A stretch of 64,000 nt of DNA from Octopus sinensis (lineage: Eukaryota): positions 43,524,001 to 43,588,000 of the forward strand of contig NC_043009.1 of the NCBI RefSeq assembly GCF_006345805.1, in the 5' to 3' direction. Positions 42,187 to 54,785 of the stretch are shown here, piece after piece. The notes beneath the pieces are model-generated. The model did no database searches, was not told where the DNA came from, and saw only the letters and a program-made list of their open reading frames with translations. Every line of letters begins with the position of its first letter. Within the stretch, counting starts at the first letter, position 1. The position numbers and the translations under genes are program-made.

Positions 42187-43167
42187 TGTGGAGGCGCAAT
42201 GGCCCAGTGGTTAGGGCAGCGGACTCGCGGTCATAGGATCGCGGTTTCGATTCCCAGACCGGGCGTTGTGAGTGTTTATTGAGCGAAAACACCTAAAAAG
42301 CTCCACGAGGCTCCGGCAGGGATGGTGGTGATCCCTGCTGTACTCTTTCACCACAATTTTCCCTCACTCTTACTTCCTGTTTCTGTTGTACCTGTATTTC
42401 AAGGGCCGGCTTGTCACTCTCTGTGTCACGCTGAATATCCCCGAACACCTAAAGCTCCACGAGGCTCCGGCAGGGATGGTGGTGATCCCTGCTGTACTCT
42501 TTCACCACAATTTTCCCTCACTCTTACTTCCTGTTTCTGTTGTACCTGTATTTCAAGGGGCCGGCCTTGTCACTCTCTGTGTCACGCTGAATATCCCCGA
42601 ACACCTAAAGCTCCACGAGGCTCCGGCAGGGATGGTGGTGATCCCTGCTGTACTCTTTCACCACAATTTTCCCTCACTCTTACTTCCTGTTTCTGTTGTA
42701 CCTGTATTTCAAGGGGCCGGCCTTGTCACTCTCTGTGTCACGCTGAATATCCCCGAACACCTAAAGCTCCACGAGGCTCCGGCAGGGATGGTGGTGATCC
42801 CTGCTGTACTCTTTCACCACAATTTTCCCTCACTCTTACTTCCTGTTTCTGTTGTACCTGTATTTCAAGGGGCTGGCCTTGTCACTCTCTGTGTCACGCT
42901 GAATATCCCCGAACCCTAAAGCTCCACGAGGCTCCGCAGGGATGGTGGTGATCCCTGCTGTACTCTTTCACCACAATTTTCCCTCACTCTTACTTCCTGT
43001 TTCTGTTGTACCTGTATTTCAAGGGGCCGGCCTTGTCACTCTCTGTGTCACGCTGAATATCCCCCGAGAACTACGTTAAGGGTGCACGTGTCTGTTAATT
43101 TCACGAGCAGGCTGTTCTGTTGATTCGGATCAACCGGAACCCTCATCGTAACCGACGGAGTGCATCC
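42187..43167 (+). mobile_element. tRNA-headed SINE (family C) with five tandem internal ~156-bp units and 11-bp TSD
   Basis: A/B-box head tggcccagtggttag...ggtttcgattccc. Unit starts at 42301, 42455, 42611, 42767 and 42922. TSD atattattaat at 42176-86 and 43168-78. Confidence 0.85.
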
Positions 43168-43471
43168 ATATTATTAATCTTGGAAGAAGAAACTGTAGAT
43201 TCAACCTGGTCGGGATTCGAACTCTGATTTATAAAAACGGTTGGGAGCAAAATCCCACAAAGCATTGCATGAGACTCTCTAGAAATTCTACCACCAACTA
43301 CCCCCCCCCCCCCTTTTCCATTCCACATAATGTTTTCCTTATTGTTTAGCAACCAACAACAACAGTAACAACAAGAATATTATCGCTTGTTTCAAGAATT
43401 ACTTAAATTACAATATTGTACGTGTTAGAAAAGATCGCTATCTGTAAGAAGACTACTACTACTACTACTAC

Positions 43472-43502
<31 letters not shown>

Positions 43503-43714
43503 AATACTACTACTACTATTACTACTACTACTGCTGCTGCTACTGCTGCTAAAATAATAAAATATGTGAGGGTGTTGAAAAATAGTGGAAAAGGCAAAAT
43601 CTGAGTGTTTTCTGAGAAGAATAAGATAAAAAGAAAAAACAATAGCCATTTCAAAGAATAGACAAAGGCGGGCAGGAAGGGGTCTTGAAGGAATTGGTTG
43701 CATATGAAGGGGGA

Positions 43715-43755
<41 letters not shown>

Positions 43756-43808
43756 AGATGATAGAAGAGTAGATAATAGAAACAGTACAAAGATAAAGAT
43801 CAGGGACT

Positions 43809-43846
<38 letters not shown>

Positions 43847-44739
43847 AAGAGAGAGAGAGATAGCATCTGAATGTGAAACAGAGAAAGCTTGTGTTTGTGA
43901 TTGTTTAAGACACACACACATACACACACAGATTGCTGGTAAGTAGCTTGCTTACCAACCACATGGTTCCGGGTTCAGTCCCACTGCGTGGCATCTTGAG
44001 CAACACATTTATATATATACATATATACGACGGGCTTCTTTCAGTTTCCGTCAGCGAAATCCACTCACAAGGCTTTGGTCGGCTCAAGGCTACAGTAGAA
44101 GATAGAAGACACTTGCTCAAGGTGCCATGCAATGGGACTGAACCCGGAACCATGTGGTTCAGTAAGTAAGCAAGCCACTTACCACTCAGCCACTCCTACG
44201 CCTATATATATATATATCTGATTGTGTGTGTATGTATATAAAGGACTATTATAAGAAAAGAAAGAAGAAAACAAGTGGAAGGGAGACTAATAAACCCCAA
44301 CATTTTGTTAAGTCATTAGTGGTGGCGGCTGACCCCTGTAACCTCATACGAAACTCTAAACATTCTTTTCTAGCTCGCTTGATCTTTCCTTTCACTGTTT
44401 GCTGATCTTTGACACCTTAAAGTAAGCCCTTTGGCAACAATCTGATAGCCCTTATAACAAAAAGCTGATGATTTACAAGGGATGGTTGTTCCCATCCCAC
44501 ACACGCCACTCACAAGTCATACATTACAGCCCCTGTTCAGTCTTGCTGAAAAAACAAACAAGTCAGTAGCCCTGAAGCATGTTTAACGCCTTTGTTATCG
44601 TATTTTCATTGAAATACGTTGCTTTTATTGAAATCAATTTTGAAAATAATGAAAGGTTCGGTAGAATAAACCAAGACATAACTTTATTAAATTCGGAACA
44701 CGTATTACTCTCAAAATTTGGCATAAAAATAGCAGTTTC

Positions 44740-45155
44740 GGAGAAACAGGCAAGTCGATTACACCGTCCTCAGTATACAAATGGTACTTATTTTTATCAA
44801 CCAGGGAAAGGATGAAAGGTAAAGTCGACCACGGGGGATTTGAACTCAGAACGTAGTAAAGACGGACAAAAAAAAGCTGCTAATCATTTTAACCGGCATG
44901 GTATCGATTCTGCCAGCTCGCCGCGTTGGTTTCAAAATTTGATCCATGGCCACCAATTTCGGGGAAAGGGTTAGTTAAGTCGATTATATTGACCCCCAGT
45001 CAGTACTCAACTGGTACTTATTTTATCGACCCCGAAAGGATGAAATGCGAAGTTGACCTCGGCGGAATTTGAACTCAGAACGTAAAGACAGACGAAATGC
45101 TTAGCAGCATTTCGCTCGCCCAGCGTGCTAACGATTCTGCTAGCTCGCCGCCTCT
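44740..45155 (-). mobile_element. Two tandem family A SINEs
   Basis: Two successive gaaaggatgaaa...ccagctcgccgc units. Confidence 0.75.
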
Positions 45156-46029
45156 TAAGTTAAAACCATATATTAACAAGAAATTTTGACGCAAGGCCTT
45201 AATTTAGATGACTAAAGGATATATAGGCAGCCGTGGAATGCTCAGCCATTTCTAGCTTGATTTAGGAGAAAGTGATTCGGTTGATCAAACAACTGAATCC
45301 TCGTCGTTGAATGACGGAGATCCACAAGCAGTACAATTAACTTTGGATTTCAAATGCTAATATGTCTCTATTAACGTATTCATTTAATATTTTTTAAATA
45401 GAAATCCACCTCAGTACTTGACGGTTGCGTTATTTTTTATACTGACTCCCTGGAAGGACGAAAAGCAAAGTTGAACCTCGGCGGGATTTGAACTAAGAAG
45501 GGTAAAAGATAAAAGAAATGTAGACGCAAGTAGTTTTTTAAAGATTTATTTGTTTTCCCTCCGGTCCAACACAGCAGCAATTCTACCACTTTGCCACCAA
45601 CCAACCAACACCGCTCCACCTCCACCTTGATATCGTGGTATTTATTCTTATTGTCTTGTGTGGTTCTTTCTCCACGTGTGTGTGTGTGTGTTTTAATATT
45701 TGATACCGCTTGTAATGTGAAAATACACCAGCAACTATTGTATGGTTTGTCTTGTTTAACAAACTATTGTTCTCTAAACTCTGTCCCTTGGTAGTTCCAA
45801 ATATTTCTTATTTGAAAACGACCTTGCAACTTTTGTTGGGTCTCTCTTACATCCTCTATATTTAGAGCTGCCTTGTTTCTTCCTTAGAGTCTCTCTCACA
45901 CAAATACTTATACAACTACTCCAGAATACAAACACAAAATCCTCGTTTCAACGTCTACGTCTTTACGCTTGCATGGGTCAGATGAAATTTATTGAGAAGA
46001 ATTCTTCTACAATCGGTGCTCTTACTGTC

Positions 46030-46265
46030 GCCAACACATACACGTCCGTGAAGGTGCGTCGCTTAGTGGTTAAGGAATTCGGCTTACGATCATAACGTCA
46101 TGAGTTCGATTAACGGCAGCGAGTTGTGTCCTTGAGCAAGACACTTTATTTCACGTTGCTCCGGTCCACTCAACTTGCAGAAATGAAATGTACCTGTAAT
46201 TTAAAGGGCCAACCTTGACACACTCTGTGTGACGTTGAATCTCCTTAGGGACTGCGATAAAGGTC
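46030..46265 (+). mobile_element. tRNA-headed SINE with a CORE-like middle, sharing its 3' part with family C
   Basis: Head gcttagtggttaagg...gagttcgatt; middle tgtgtccttgagcaagacactt; tail tgtacctgtaattt-aaagggcc-accttg similar to 43007-43060. Confidence 0.6.
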
Positions 46266-46823
46266 GAATGAATTTAATGGTTATATTTAGCTGCTAGTTT
46301 TGCAACTCAAACACTCGCGCAACAACCCCATCAATGATTTTGAATTGTCGAAGTTGGTATCTGCTGATTAAGCTTTCGACAAATGATAACTTTGAGCAGT
46401 TTTGACAGATAATATAAAAGAATGAAGGAAAACAGAATAATGACAATAAAAAAAGGCCTAGTCTTTGGCACTGATCAATCATGCATGATGCGGTCGTTTA
46501 TCAATTGTTACCGATTCTTCTGAAATCAACTTTGGTCTTTTATGACAATAGAAGCTCAAAAGAAACAAGAAACAATTGACACACACACATACACACACAT
46601 ACATGTATGTATGTGTTTTTTTTTTTTTGGTTTGCAAAGATGTGAACTTGTGTGTTGAGACAACGTCGTTGTCTTGGGAGGGCCACAACGCCAATAATAT
46701 ACACACGCACTAGTTCAATTTCACTTCTTTACTATTATTAGTCACTTGTTTAGTTATTTACCGAAATAACTAATCGAATGCTTGTTTAATCAGTCGGCTA
46801 GTCAATAAGTTGTTTGTCAAAGA

Positions 46824-46967
<144 letters not shown>

Positions 46968-47638
46968 CGTTCATCTACACTCCCTCGACTGTGGCTAGGC
47001 TGGGATAGATATCCCCGTGAAGAAATCGAACCTAGTACTTTATTTTAAAAGTTTGGCTCCTCTTCGATCATTTCATTTGCCGACGCTCTAAGTTACGAGG
47101 AGGTAAATAAGCAAACACCGGCTTTCAAACACTGGTGGGGGAGAACAAGTACATTCCCAAAGACACACGCCCTCTCACGTATATAAAAAAGCAAGTAGTC
47201 GAAAAGGGAACTTGTGAGGGAGAGATTTGGTAGCTATTTCTAACAGGTCGAGTGGCCAACAACACAGACGTTCCATCGATGGTTTACCTGGTCACACGTT
47301 TTCCAACGGCGAGCGAGAGAGAGAGAGAGAGAGCGCGAGCGGAGGGGGAATGAATGGGGTCAGTGTCGATCTTGGCGGGAATTTGAATTCCAGGGATTCT
47401 ACGTGACGTCATCAAAAAGCCAAACTGGTGACCCTCCCCCCCCACATCATGTGAAGTAGCTACTCCTGTTCTTTCTTTATCTCTTGCTTCCTTTCTCTCC
47501 CAAGGTATACAAAATACCAAAACAATAGCCGTCCCGGCATAGTTCCAACTTCAGTGAACTATTCTACAGAAAAGGTCAAGCTGAACTTCATCTTTGATAT
47601 CAAGCCGACATTGAAGCTATGTTACATTTTATTATTAC

Positions 47639-47680
<42 letters not shown>

Positions 47681-47710
47681 CATTATTATTATTATACATA
47701 TATATATATA

Positions 47711-47841
47711 TGATCGTTTCATACAAGGACAGGTTTTATTAAAAGTTGCAAAGATTACAGCATATAAACGAGTCCCGTACTCATTTATATGCTGTAATCT
47801 TTGCAACTTTTAATAAAACCTGTCCTTGTATGAAACGATCG
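47711..47841. repeat. Near-complete palindrome, probably a mariner-type mini-MITE with TA TSD
   Basis: 57-bp perfectly complementary arms 47712-47768 and 47784-47840; central gagt-cccgt-actc. Confidence 0.8.
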
Positions 47842-48024
47842 TACTAAAAACCTATCCATTCTTGTTGCTTCTTTCTCGCTTATAATCACCCCACATTACT
47901 GTATTGTTAAATCAGTATAGTTTTTTTTGGTGCATCTAAGTTAGGTACCATATTCAAGTAAATTTTTTAAATTAACTTGAATCTTTATTGCTCTTTGTAT
48001 ATATATATATGTATATATATATTA

Positions 48025-48186
48025 CGGGAGTGGCTGTGTGGTAAGTAGCTTGCTTATAAACCACATGGTTCTGGGTTTAGTACCAGTATGTGGAACCTTG
48101 GACAAGTGTCTTCTACTATAGTCTCGGGCCAATCAAAGCCTTGTGAGTGGATTTGGTGGAGGGAAACTGAAAGAAGCTCGTCGTAC

Positions 48187-48252
<66 letters not shown>

Positions 48253-48400
48253 GTGTGTGTGTGTGTGTGTATGTATGTGTATGTCTTTGTGTCTGTGTTC
48301 GTCCTCCTACACCGCTTGACAACCGGTGCTAGTATGTTTACGTCCCCGTAAGTTAGCGGTTCGGCAATAGCGACCGATAGAAGAATAAGTATCAGGCTTA
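48025..48400 (+). mobile_element. Family B SINE
   Basis: Head, microsatellite linker and tail in order. Confidence 0.8.
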
Positions 48401-48931
48401 GAGACATAATTCCTGAAAGGTCGCTTCCTAGGGCTAAACATTCTTCACACAACACACACACACACACACACACACACATAAACGACATTGTTTAGTTTGT
48501 TTTCCAGAAAGTGAATGAATGATTGGATTCAAGGTTAAACAGCAGCATCACCATCACCATCACCATCTCCAGGCCATTCTCACTCTTTCTCGCCCTTTCA
48601 CTACTCCTCATCTCCAACCCCTCCCTCCCTCACATATTTCCTTCTCTTCAGAGACCCCCCCCCAGTCCCACCCTGCGCATGTGCCAACTTTTTCCCTTTT
48701 ACATATGTGTGTATAATCCAGTACATCTAGATAGATAGATAGATAGGTTTCTTTATTGGCCACACAGGGCTGCACACAGATGGGACAAGTTACAAGGTAG
48801 AGCTTTTCTTTTGGGGGATGAAAAAAAGGGGGTGGCGTAGGTTTTCGATCAAGAGGGATCGTAAAAGGGAAGAAAAGAACAAAAAAAAAATAAAAATAAA
48901 TAAAAAGAATAAAAGAAAAAGAGACACACAT

Positions 48932-48966
<35 letters not shown>

Positions 48967-49525
48967 CGTACACACACACACACACATCTAAATAAAACAT
49001 CAGTGTGGCTTAACGGCTCTCCTATTTCTCTCTTTCCTTCTTTCCATTCTTCTTTTCACTCCGCCGTGCCCACCTCCACAACCGCTGTTTGCTATCATCA
49101 TCGCTGCCCCCCCCCACTCGTTGCTTTTAAGAGCAGCAGACGAGGAAGTGACGGGTGGGGGGTGAAGAAGGCCAAGTGACATGACCTCTACAAACTTATT
49201 GAGGAACGAAGCCCTTTATTGTTGTTGTTCAAGTAAAAAAGGTTGTTGACAGTCCCAACTGTCGGAGTCTTTAATTGATACAGACAGCAGCAGCAGGACA
49301 GAGAGAGAGAGAGAAAGAAAGAGTAATAATAACAGCAACAATTCAAACTCTCATACCAAGCAAGGTCAACAAGATTGCACATACACACTATATATGTGTG
49401 TGTGTGTGTACTTAGATATGTATGTATATGATCACACACATGTATATATATATATACCAGAGTAAACACATAAATGTGTAACAAGGTGGAAAAAAAGAGT
49501 ACTCAAATACCAGTGGTAGAGTTCT

Positions 49526-49580
49526 AACAAAAACTGTCTGATGAACGGCAACGAGAAACTCAGAGTAACAGATTTTGTTG
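49526..49580 (+). ncRNA. Type I hammerhead ribozyme motif with intact core (family P1)
   Basis: CUGU-[CUGAUGA 49538-44]-ACG GCAA CGA-GAA-ACU CAG AGU-A-ACAG. Stems I, II and III can be drawn; predicted cleavage after GUA at 49567. Confidence 0.65.
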
Positions 49581-50389
49581 AATTTTCTGCTGCTTTAAAT
49601 AAAGTATATATACTATATTTACTTGTTTCAGTCATTAGACTGCGACCATCCTGGGGCACTGCCTTGAAGAATTTTTTGTGAAATGTATCGACCCCAATAC
49701 TTATATCTTTGAAGCATCGCACTTATTCTATCGGTGGCTTTGCCGAACCGCTAAGTTACAAACATAGACACAAAGACACACACATCTGTACACACACACA
49801 CACCACATATATACACGACAGGCTTCTTTTGGTTTTCCGGCTACCAAATCTACTTACAAGGCTTTGGTCAGCCCGAATCTATAGTAGAGGACACCCAGCT
49901 ACCCAACGTGCTACGTACGCAGTGGGATTGAACCAGAAACCATGTGGTTGCAAAGCTAACCTCTTACCACACAGTCACACCAACGGGTATATAAGTATTT
50001 AGAGCTCTCTGTGTACTGTTATTACTAGTTTGGCAATTTCGCTGGGACTTCCTAAATTTATTCAAAAAAACCGGTTGAAGAACCCGTTAAGGCGAAATGT
50101 CGAAGTCTTAGTTAAATCAATGTTTATTAATAAATTTTATTCTCCTAGGAGAATAATTGGGTGGAAGGAGAGCAAGAAACTGGTTTTAAGTCGATCTAAA
50201 ATAGGAAATGCGGACTAGGTTCTATTCATATTTTATATACCATTCTCCAAGACTCTGGGTGCTATAGGAGGTTAAAATACTCGTAGTTGAAAAACTTCCA
50301 GCTCACTGGCCATATATATACACATATTATATATATACATATATATATATATATACATATATTATAAATATATAATATATATATATATC

Positions 50390-50794
50390 TCTTTACTCTT
50401 TACTCTTTTACTTGTTTCAGTCATTTGACTGCGGCCATGCTGGAGCACCGCCTTTAGTCGAGCAAATCGACTCCGGGACTTATTCTTTGTAAGCCCAGTA
50501 CTTATTCTATCGGTCTCTTTTGGCCGAACCGCTAAGTGACGGGGACGTAAACACACCAGCATCGGTTGTCAAGCAATGCTAGGGGAACAAACACAGACAC
50601 ACAACACATACACTATAATATATATACATATATACGACAGGCTTCTTTCAGTTTCCGTCTACCAAATCCACTCACAAGCATTGGTCGGCCCGGCTATAGC
50701 AGAAGACACTTGCCCAAGATGCCACGCAGTGGGACTGAACCCGGAACTATGTAGTTGGTTAGCAAGCTACTTACCACACAGCCACTCCTGCGCC
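50390..50794 (-). mobile_element. Family B SINE, near full length (tRNA-like head, internal microsatellite, tail ending aatgactgaaacaagtaaaaga)
   Basis: Head gcaggagtggctgtgtggtaagtagcttgct. Other copies: 12409-12564(+), 17831-18009(+), 19275-19445(-), 27343-27684(+), 29368-29456(+), 32462-33018(-), 34255-34405(+), 43935-44200, 48025-48400(+), 49618-49985(-), 55570-56370(-), 62317-62650(-). Confidence 0.85.
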
Positions 50795-50822
50795 TATATA
50801 TATACATATATATTTTATATAT

Positions 50823-50917
<95 letters not shown>

Positions 50918-51082
50918 TAAGAACTCCATTCTCGAGTGGACCAAAAGCTTGACTTTAAAAGGATTTAGATAATTCTCTCAGGTCGTGCTATTAAGTTAGA
51001 CATGGCCTGGACCAATCTTTGGTCGAAACATCTAAATTTTATATATATACATATACATATTATATTACATGTATATAAAAAT

Positions 51083-51113
<31 letters not shown>

Positions 51114-51560
51114 GTCCTGTATGCGAAAGACATAACATACATGCATACATAACATGGATGTACATGTAAGAATGAACGTGGACGACTAAATACACAGAAA
51201 AGCCTCATGTATAATATGAAGGAATGCAAATATAAATAAATATAAGGGGGGAAAAAAGGCTGATGAATAAATGACGTTGAGGGAGAGATGGGAGGAGGTG
51301 GAGAAGCAGGGAAGGAGGAGATTAGAAAATTATGTAAACTAAGATATAAACAAACATAGAAACATACGTAATGTGATTTAATAAGATTCCCTAATAGAGT
51401 TCCTTTAATAGAACAAGTGAAATTGTGTAGGGCGATGAGGATCTGGGAGTAAGGAAAAGAAAGTGTGTGTGTGAGGTAGAGGAGGAGACAGAGGGAGAGA
51501 CGGTGTTGTTACCCTGGTTAGTAATAATGAGAGGGGTGAGCATTGCAATCAACGGGAGAA

Positions 51561-51609
<49 letters not shown>

Positions 51610-51611
<2 letters not shown>

Positions 51612-51746
51612 TATATAGATATAGGAAGATGATAGACAGACGACAGACAGATAGATAGATAGATAGATATAGAGATAGATAGTTAAATAGATAGATAGGA
51701 AGATGATAGACTGACAGATAGATAGATAAGTAGATAGATAGATAGG

Positions 51747-51796
<50 letters not shown>

Positions 51797-51854
51797 TATA
51801 GATAGATAGATAGATAGGATAAATAGACAGACAGATAGATAGATAGATAGATAG

Positions 51855-51890
<36 letters not shown>

Positions 51891-51965
51891 CAGACAGGAT
51901 AAATAGACAGATAGATAAATAGATGATAGATAGATAGATAATTAGACAGAAAGACTAGCTAGCTA
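51610..51965. repeat. Long (GATA)n/(GACA)n tetranucleotide satellite
   Basis: Directly visible. (CTAT)n also at 57772-57843; (TA)n, (CA)n, (GA)n and (AAT)n runs occur throughout. Confidence 0.95.
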
Positions 51966-52017
51966 GGTAGCTTGATTGACAGATAGATAGAAATGCGGAG
52001 AAAGAGAAAGACAGAGG

Positions 52018-52086
<69 letters not shown>

Positions 52087-52269
52087 TGTTGCACAACCAA
52101 ATGCAAAATAGAATCTGGCTGAGGGTAAGTTTATTCTATAAAATATAGTTTTCGGCACTTCATATAGCAGCAAACAAGGTATAGGGTAGGGCATAAATGA
52201 AATATCTTGTTTCGTTGCAGACGAAAATAAGGGGAGATTTTGAGTGTGTATGTGAGTATGTGAATATGA

Positions 52270-52316
<47 letters not shown>

Positions 52317-52547
52317 TGTACAATTATGTGTTTCGAATTAAACTAAACAAGTTTATTTTTGTTTTTGTTTTTGGATTAAACTAAATAGTTTAATGGAATT
52401 TAGAACATACTGCAACATCGTGTGTGTGTGTGTATGTATGTGTGTGTGTGTGTCTGCGTGTGTGTTGATACAAACACGCACACACACACGAACATATTTG
52501 TTAAACAAAGCTTCTACATTAGAGAGATTGGGTCTGATATATCATAC

Positions 52548-52614
<67 letters not shown>

Positions 52615-52624
52615 TATATCCATC

Positions 52625-52657
<33 letters not shown>

Positions 52658-52719
52658 TATAATATATATGTATATATATATTATATATATATATATATGT
52701 GTATATATATATATATATA

Positions 52720-52792
<73 letters not shown>

Positions 52793-53010
52793 CATATGTA
52801 TATATATATATATTAAATTAATAATATATATATATATGTGCTACTTATATAGACACACGTATACACAAATTCACTCGCACGCACACATGAAGTACTTCTC
52901 AGATGCTCACAAGTATACGAAAAGCAAAAAAAGGACTCAATACACATAGTTGAGTTGTCCAATTATTGTACATCTGTCTTCGGTCGATATATGCAACTGT
53001 GTATGCGTAA

Positions 53011-53053
<43 letters not shown>

Positions 53054-53063
53054 TATATATATG

Positions 53064-53095
<32 letters not shown>

Positions 53096-53480
53096 TGTAT
53101 ATAAACACAACCTATGCACATACGAGTACACACAGACACACATAGAGCCAAGAGTGGACGGGTAGACGGGTGGCAGAGCGCGGGTGGGGCGTTCAGGCGC
53201 TCGGGTATATGTTAAACATTATTTATTACTTCCAGTGATTGTTCTAAGATACGGTCACAATAATTAATTTTATAAAGAGATAAATAAAATATTAAAAAAA
53301 AATTATAATATATATATATATGTATATAAACAAAAAAAAATTATGAACCGAATAACCTTGCACATTGTAAGTTGAACACATGCATACAGCCTTACATGTA
53401 ACTGTGTGTGCATACATACACGCACTCACATATATATATGTACATAATAACTACATAACTACATATATATATAATATATA

Positions 53481-53518
<38 letters not shown>

Positions 53519-53835
53519 TATATATATATAATATCACATATATATGTATATATATATATATATGTATATATAATAAGTATATATATATATATACATACAC
53601 TATACATTTTATTACACATACAATATATATATACATATAGCATACGTATATAAACACACACTTATAAATACATGCATGCACACATATATATACAGACTAC
53701 ATATTCTTTTATTCTTCAGTGATTTTGACTGCGGCCATACTGGAGCACCTTCTTTAGTCGAAGAAATCGACCCCAGGGCTTATTCTTTGTAACCTAGAAC
53801 TTATTTATTATACCAGTCTTTATATGATATATATA

Positions 53836-54405
53836 CACTTGCGTCGGAAATTAATTAGCACTTCTCAAATTTCTACATTTTCTTACATTTTCCTTAATTA
53901 ATAACTTATTATCAAAACGAACTCGTTTTTAATCAAAAATTTATAAAACATATCCCAGCACACCACATAATTGTTATTAATCGTGAAATTTAGTCAATAT
54001 CTTGTTGCTCCTCCTTTGGCAGCAATGACAAGCTGCTACGCGGGTCGGCATGCTGTCTATGAGTGCCTGCAGGTACTGTGCAGGATGGCCCCTCATGCAG
54101 CAAGAAGTGCCCCAAACAGCTCGTGTCGGTTCCTGTATTGCTGCACATTCGAATCCCTACCCAATCGACTCCAGAGGTTCTCAATAGGGTTCAGTTCAGG
54201 TGACTGGCCAGCACGTACTCCTCGCCACCAAAGAGGTATCCCGTACTATCTCAACGTACTTTGCTGCGTTGTTGATGTTGCCCTTTCGACGGCATAGAGC
54301 CGCCCAACACCACTGTAGCTGAACGCCCCCTCACACCATCAGACCACCCCCACCATGCTTCATGGTGAGCAAATCAAGGGTGCTAATTAATTTCTGACGG
54401 TAGTG
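53836..54405 (-). mobile_element. Internally deleted Tc1-like DNA transposon, 570 bp, decayed transposase C-terminus
   Basis: TA|cacttgcgtcggaaattaattagcac ... gtgctaattaatttctgacggtagtg|TA terminal inverted repeats. Minus-strand remnants GGGLMV*GAFSYSGVG, SPELNPIENLW, LIDSMPTRV and VIAAKGGATRY*, broken by stops and frameshifts. Confidence 0.9.
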
Positions 54406-54748
54406 TATATATATCTTATTATAAACGGCAGATTTTATCTGCCTCCCTTTGTCACTTATAGTATATATATATATATAATATATTATATATATATATATAT
54501 ATATTATATATGTATGTATGTATGTATATATATATATATATATATTATGTGTGTGTAATATATATATAGTTGGAATTTACAAAAAAGAAACAAAAGACGA
54601 AGACGGGTGTGTAAACAACAAACATGTATATATACGCAGTATATATATATGTTACATATATACGCAAATATACATATGTAACTACACGTGGATTGTTGGC
54701 GATTTTTTTTTCTTCATGTTCCTTTTTTTGGGACTTTCTTCTGATTCC

Positions 54749-54785
54749 TGTTCCTGAAGAAGAGCTTTGCTCGAAACGTAAAACA
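54749..54785 (+). ncRNA. Minimal hammerhead motif of the Penelope type (family P2)
   Basis: CUGAAGA-A-GAGC UUU GCUC-GAAACGUA. Palindromic ACGU stem III; stem I weak (4 bp plus a mismatch). Confidence 0.55.

Noticed and set aside
42191-42265. tRNA gene
   Set aside because: A/B boxes are present, but there is no closing acceptor stem and the sequence runs on into a SINE body with TSD.
42322-42951. 209-aa and 177-aa ORFs with 52-aa repeats
   Set aside because: By-products of the 156-bp (52-codon) tandem unit inside a SINE; two frames are open and indels break them at the ends.
42293-43066. CRISPR-like array (hairpin repeats at regular spacing)
   Set aside because: Whole units are near identical with no unique spacers; eukaryotic context and no cas genes.
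47404-47411. Perfect CRE site TGACGTCA
   Set aside because: A single 8-mer in 64 kb is compatible with chance.
52393-53681. Numerous YI/IY/HT/VC-rich ORFs here and throughout the ORF track
   Set aside because: Translations of (TA)n, (CA)n, (GA)n and (AAT)n microsatellites.
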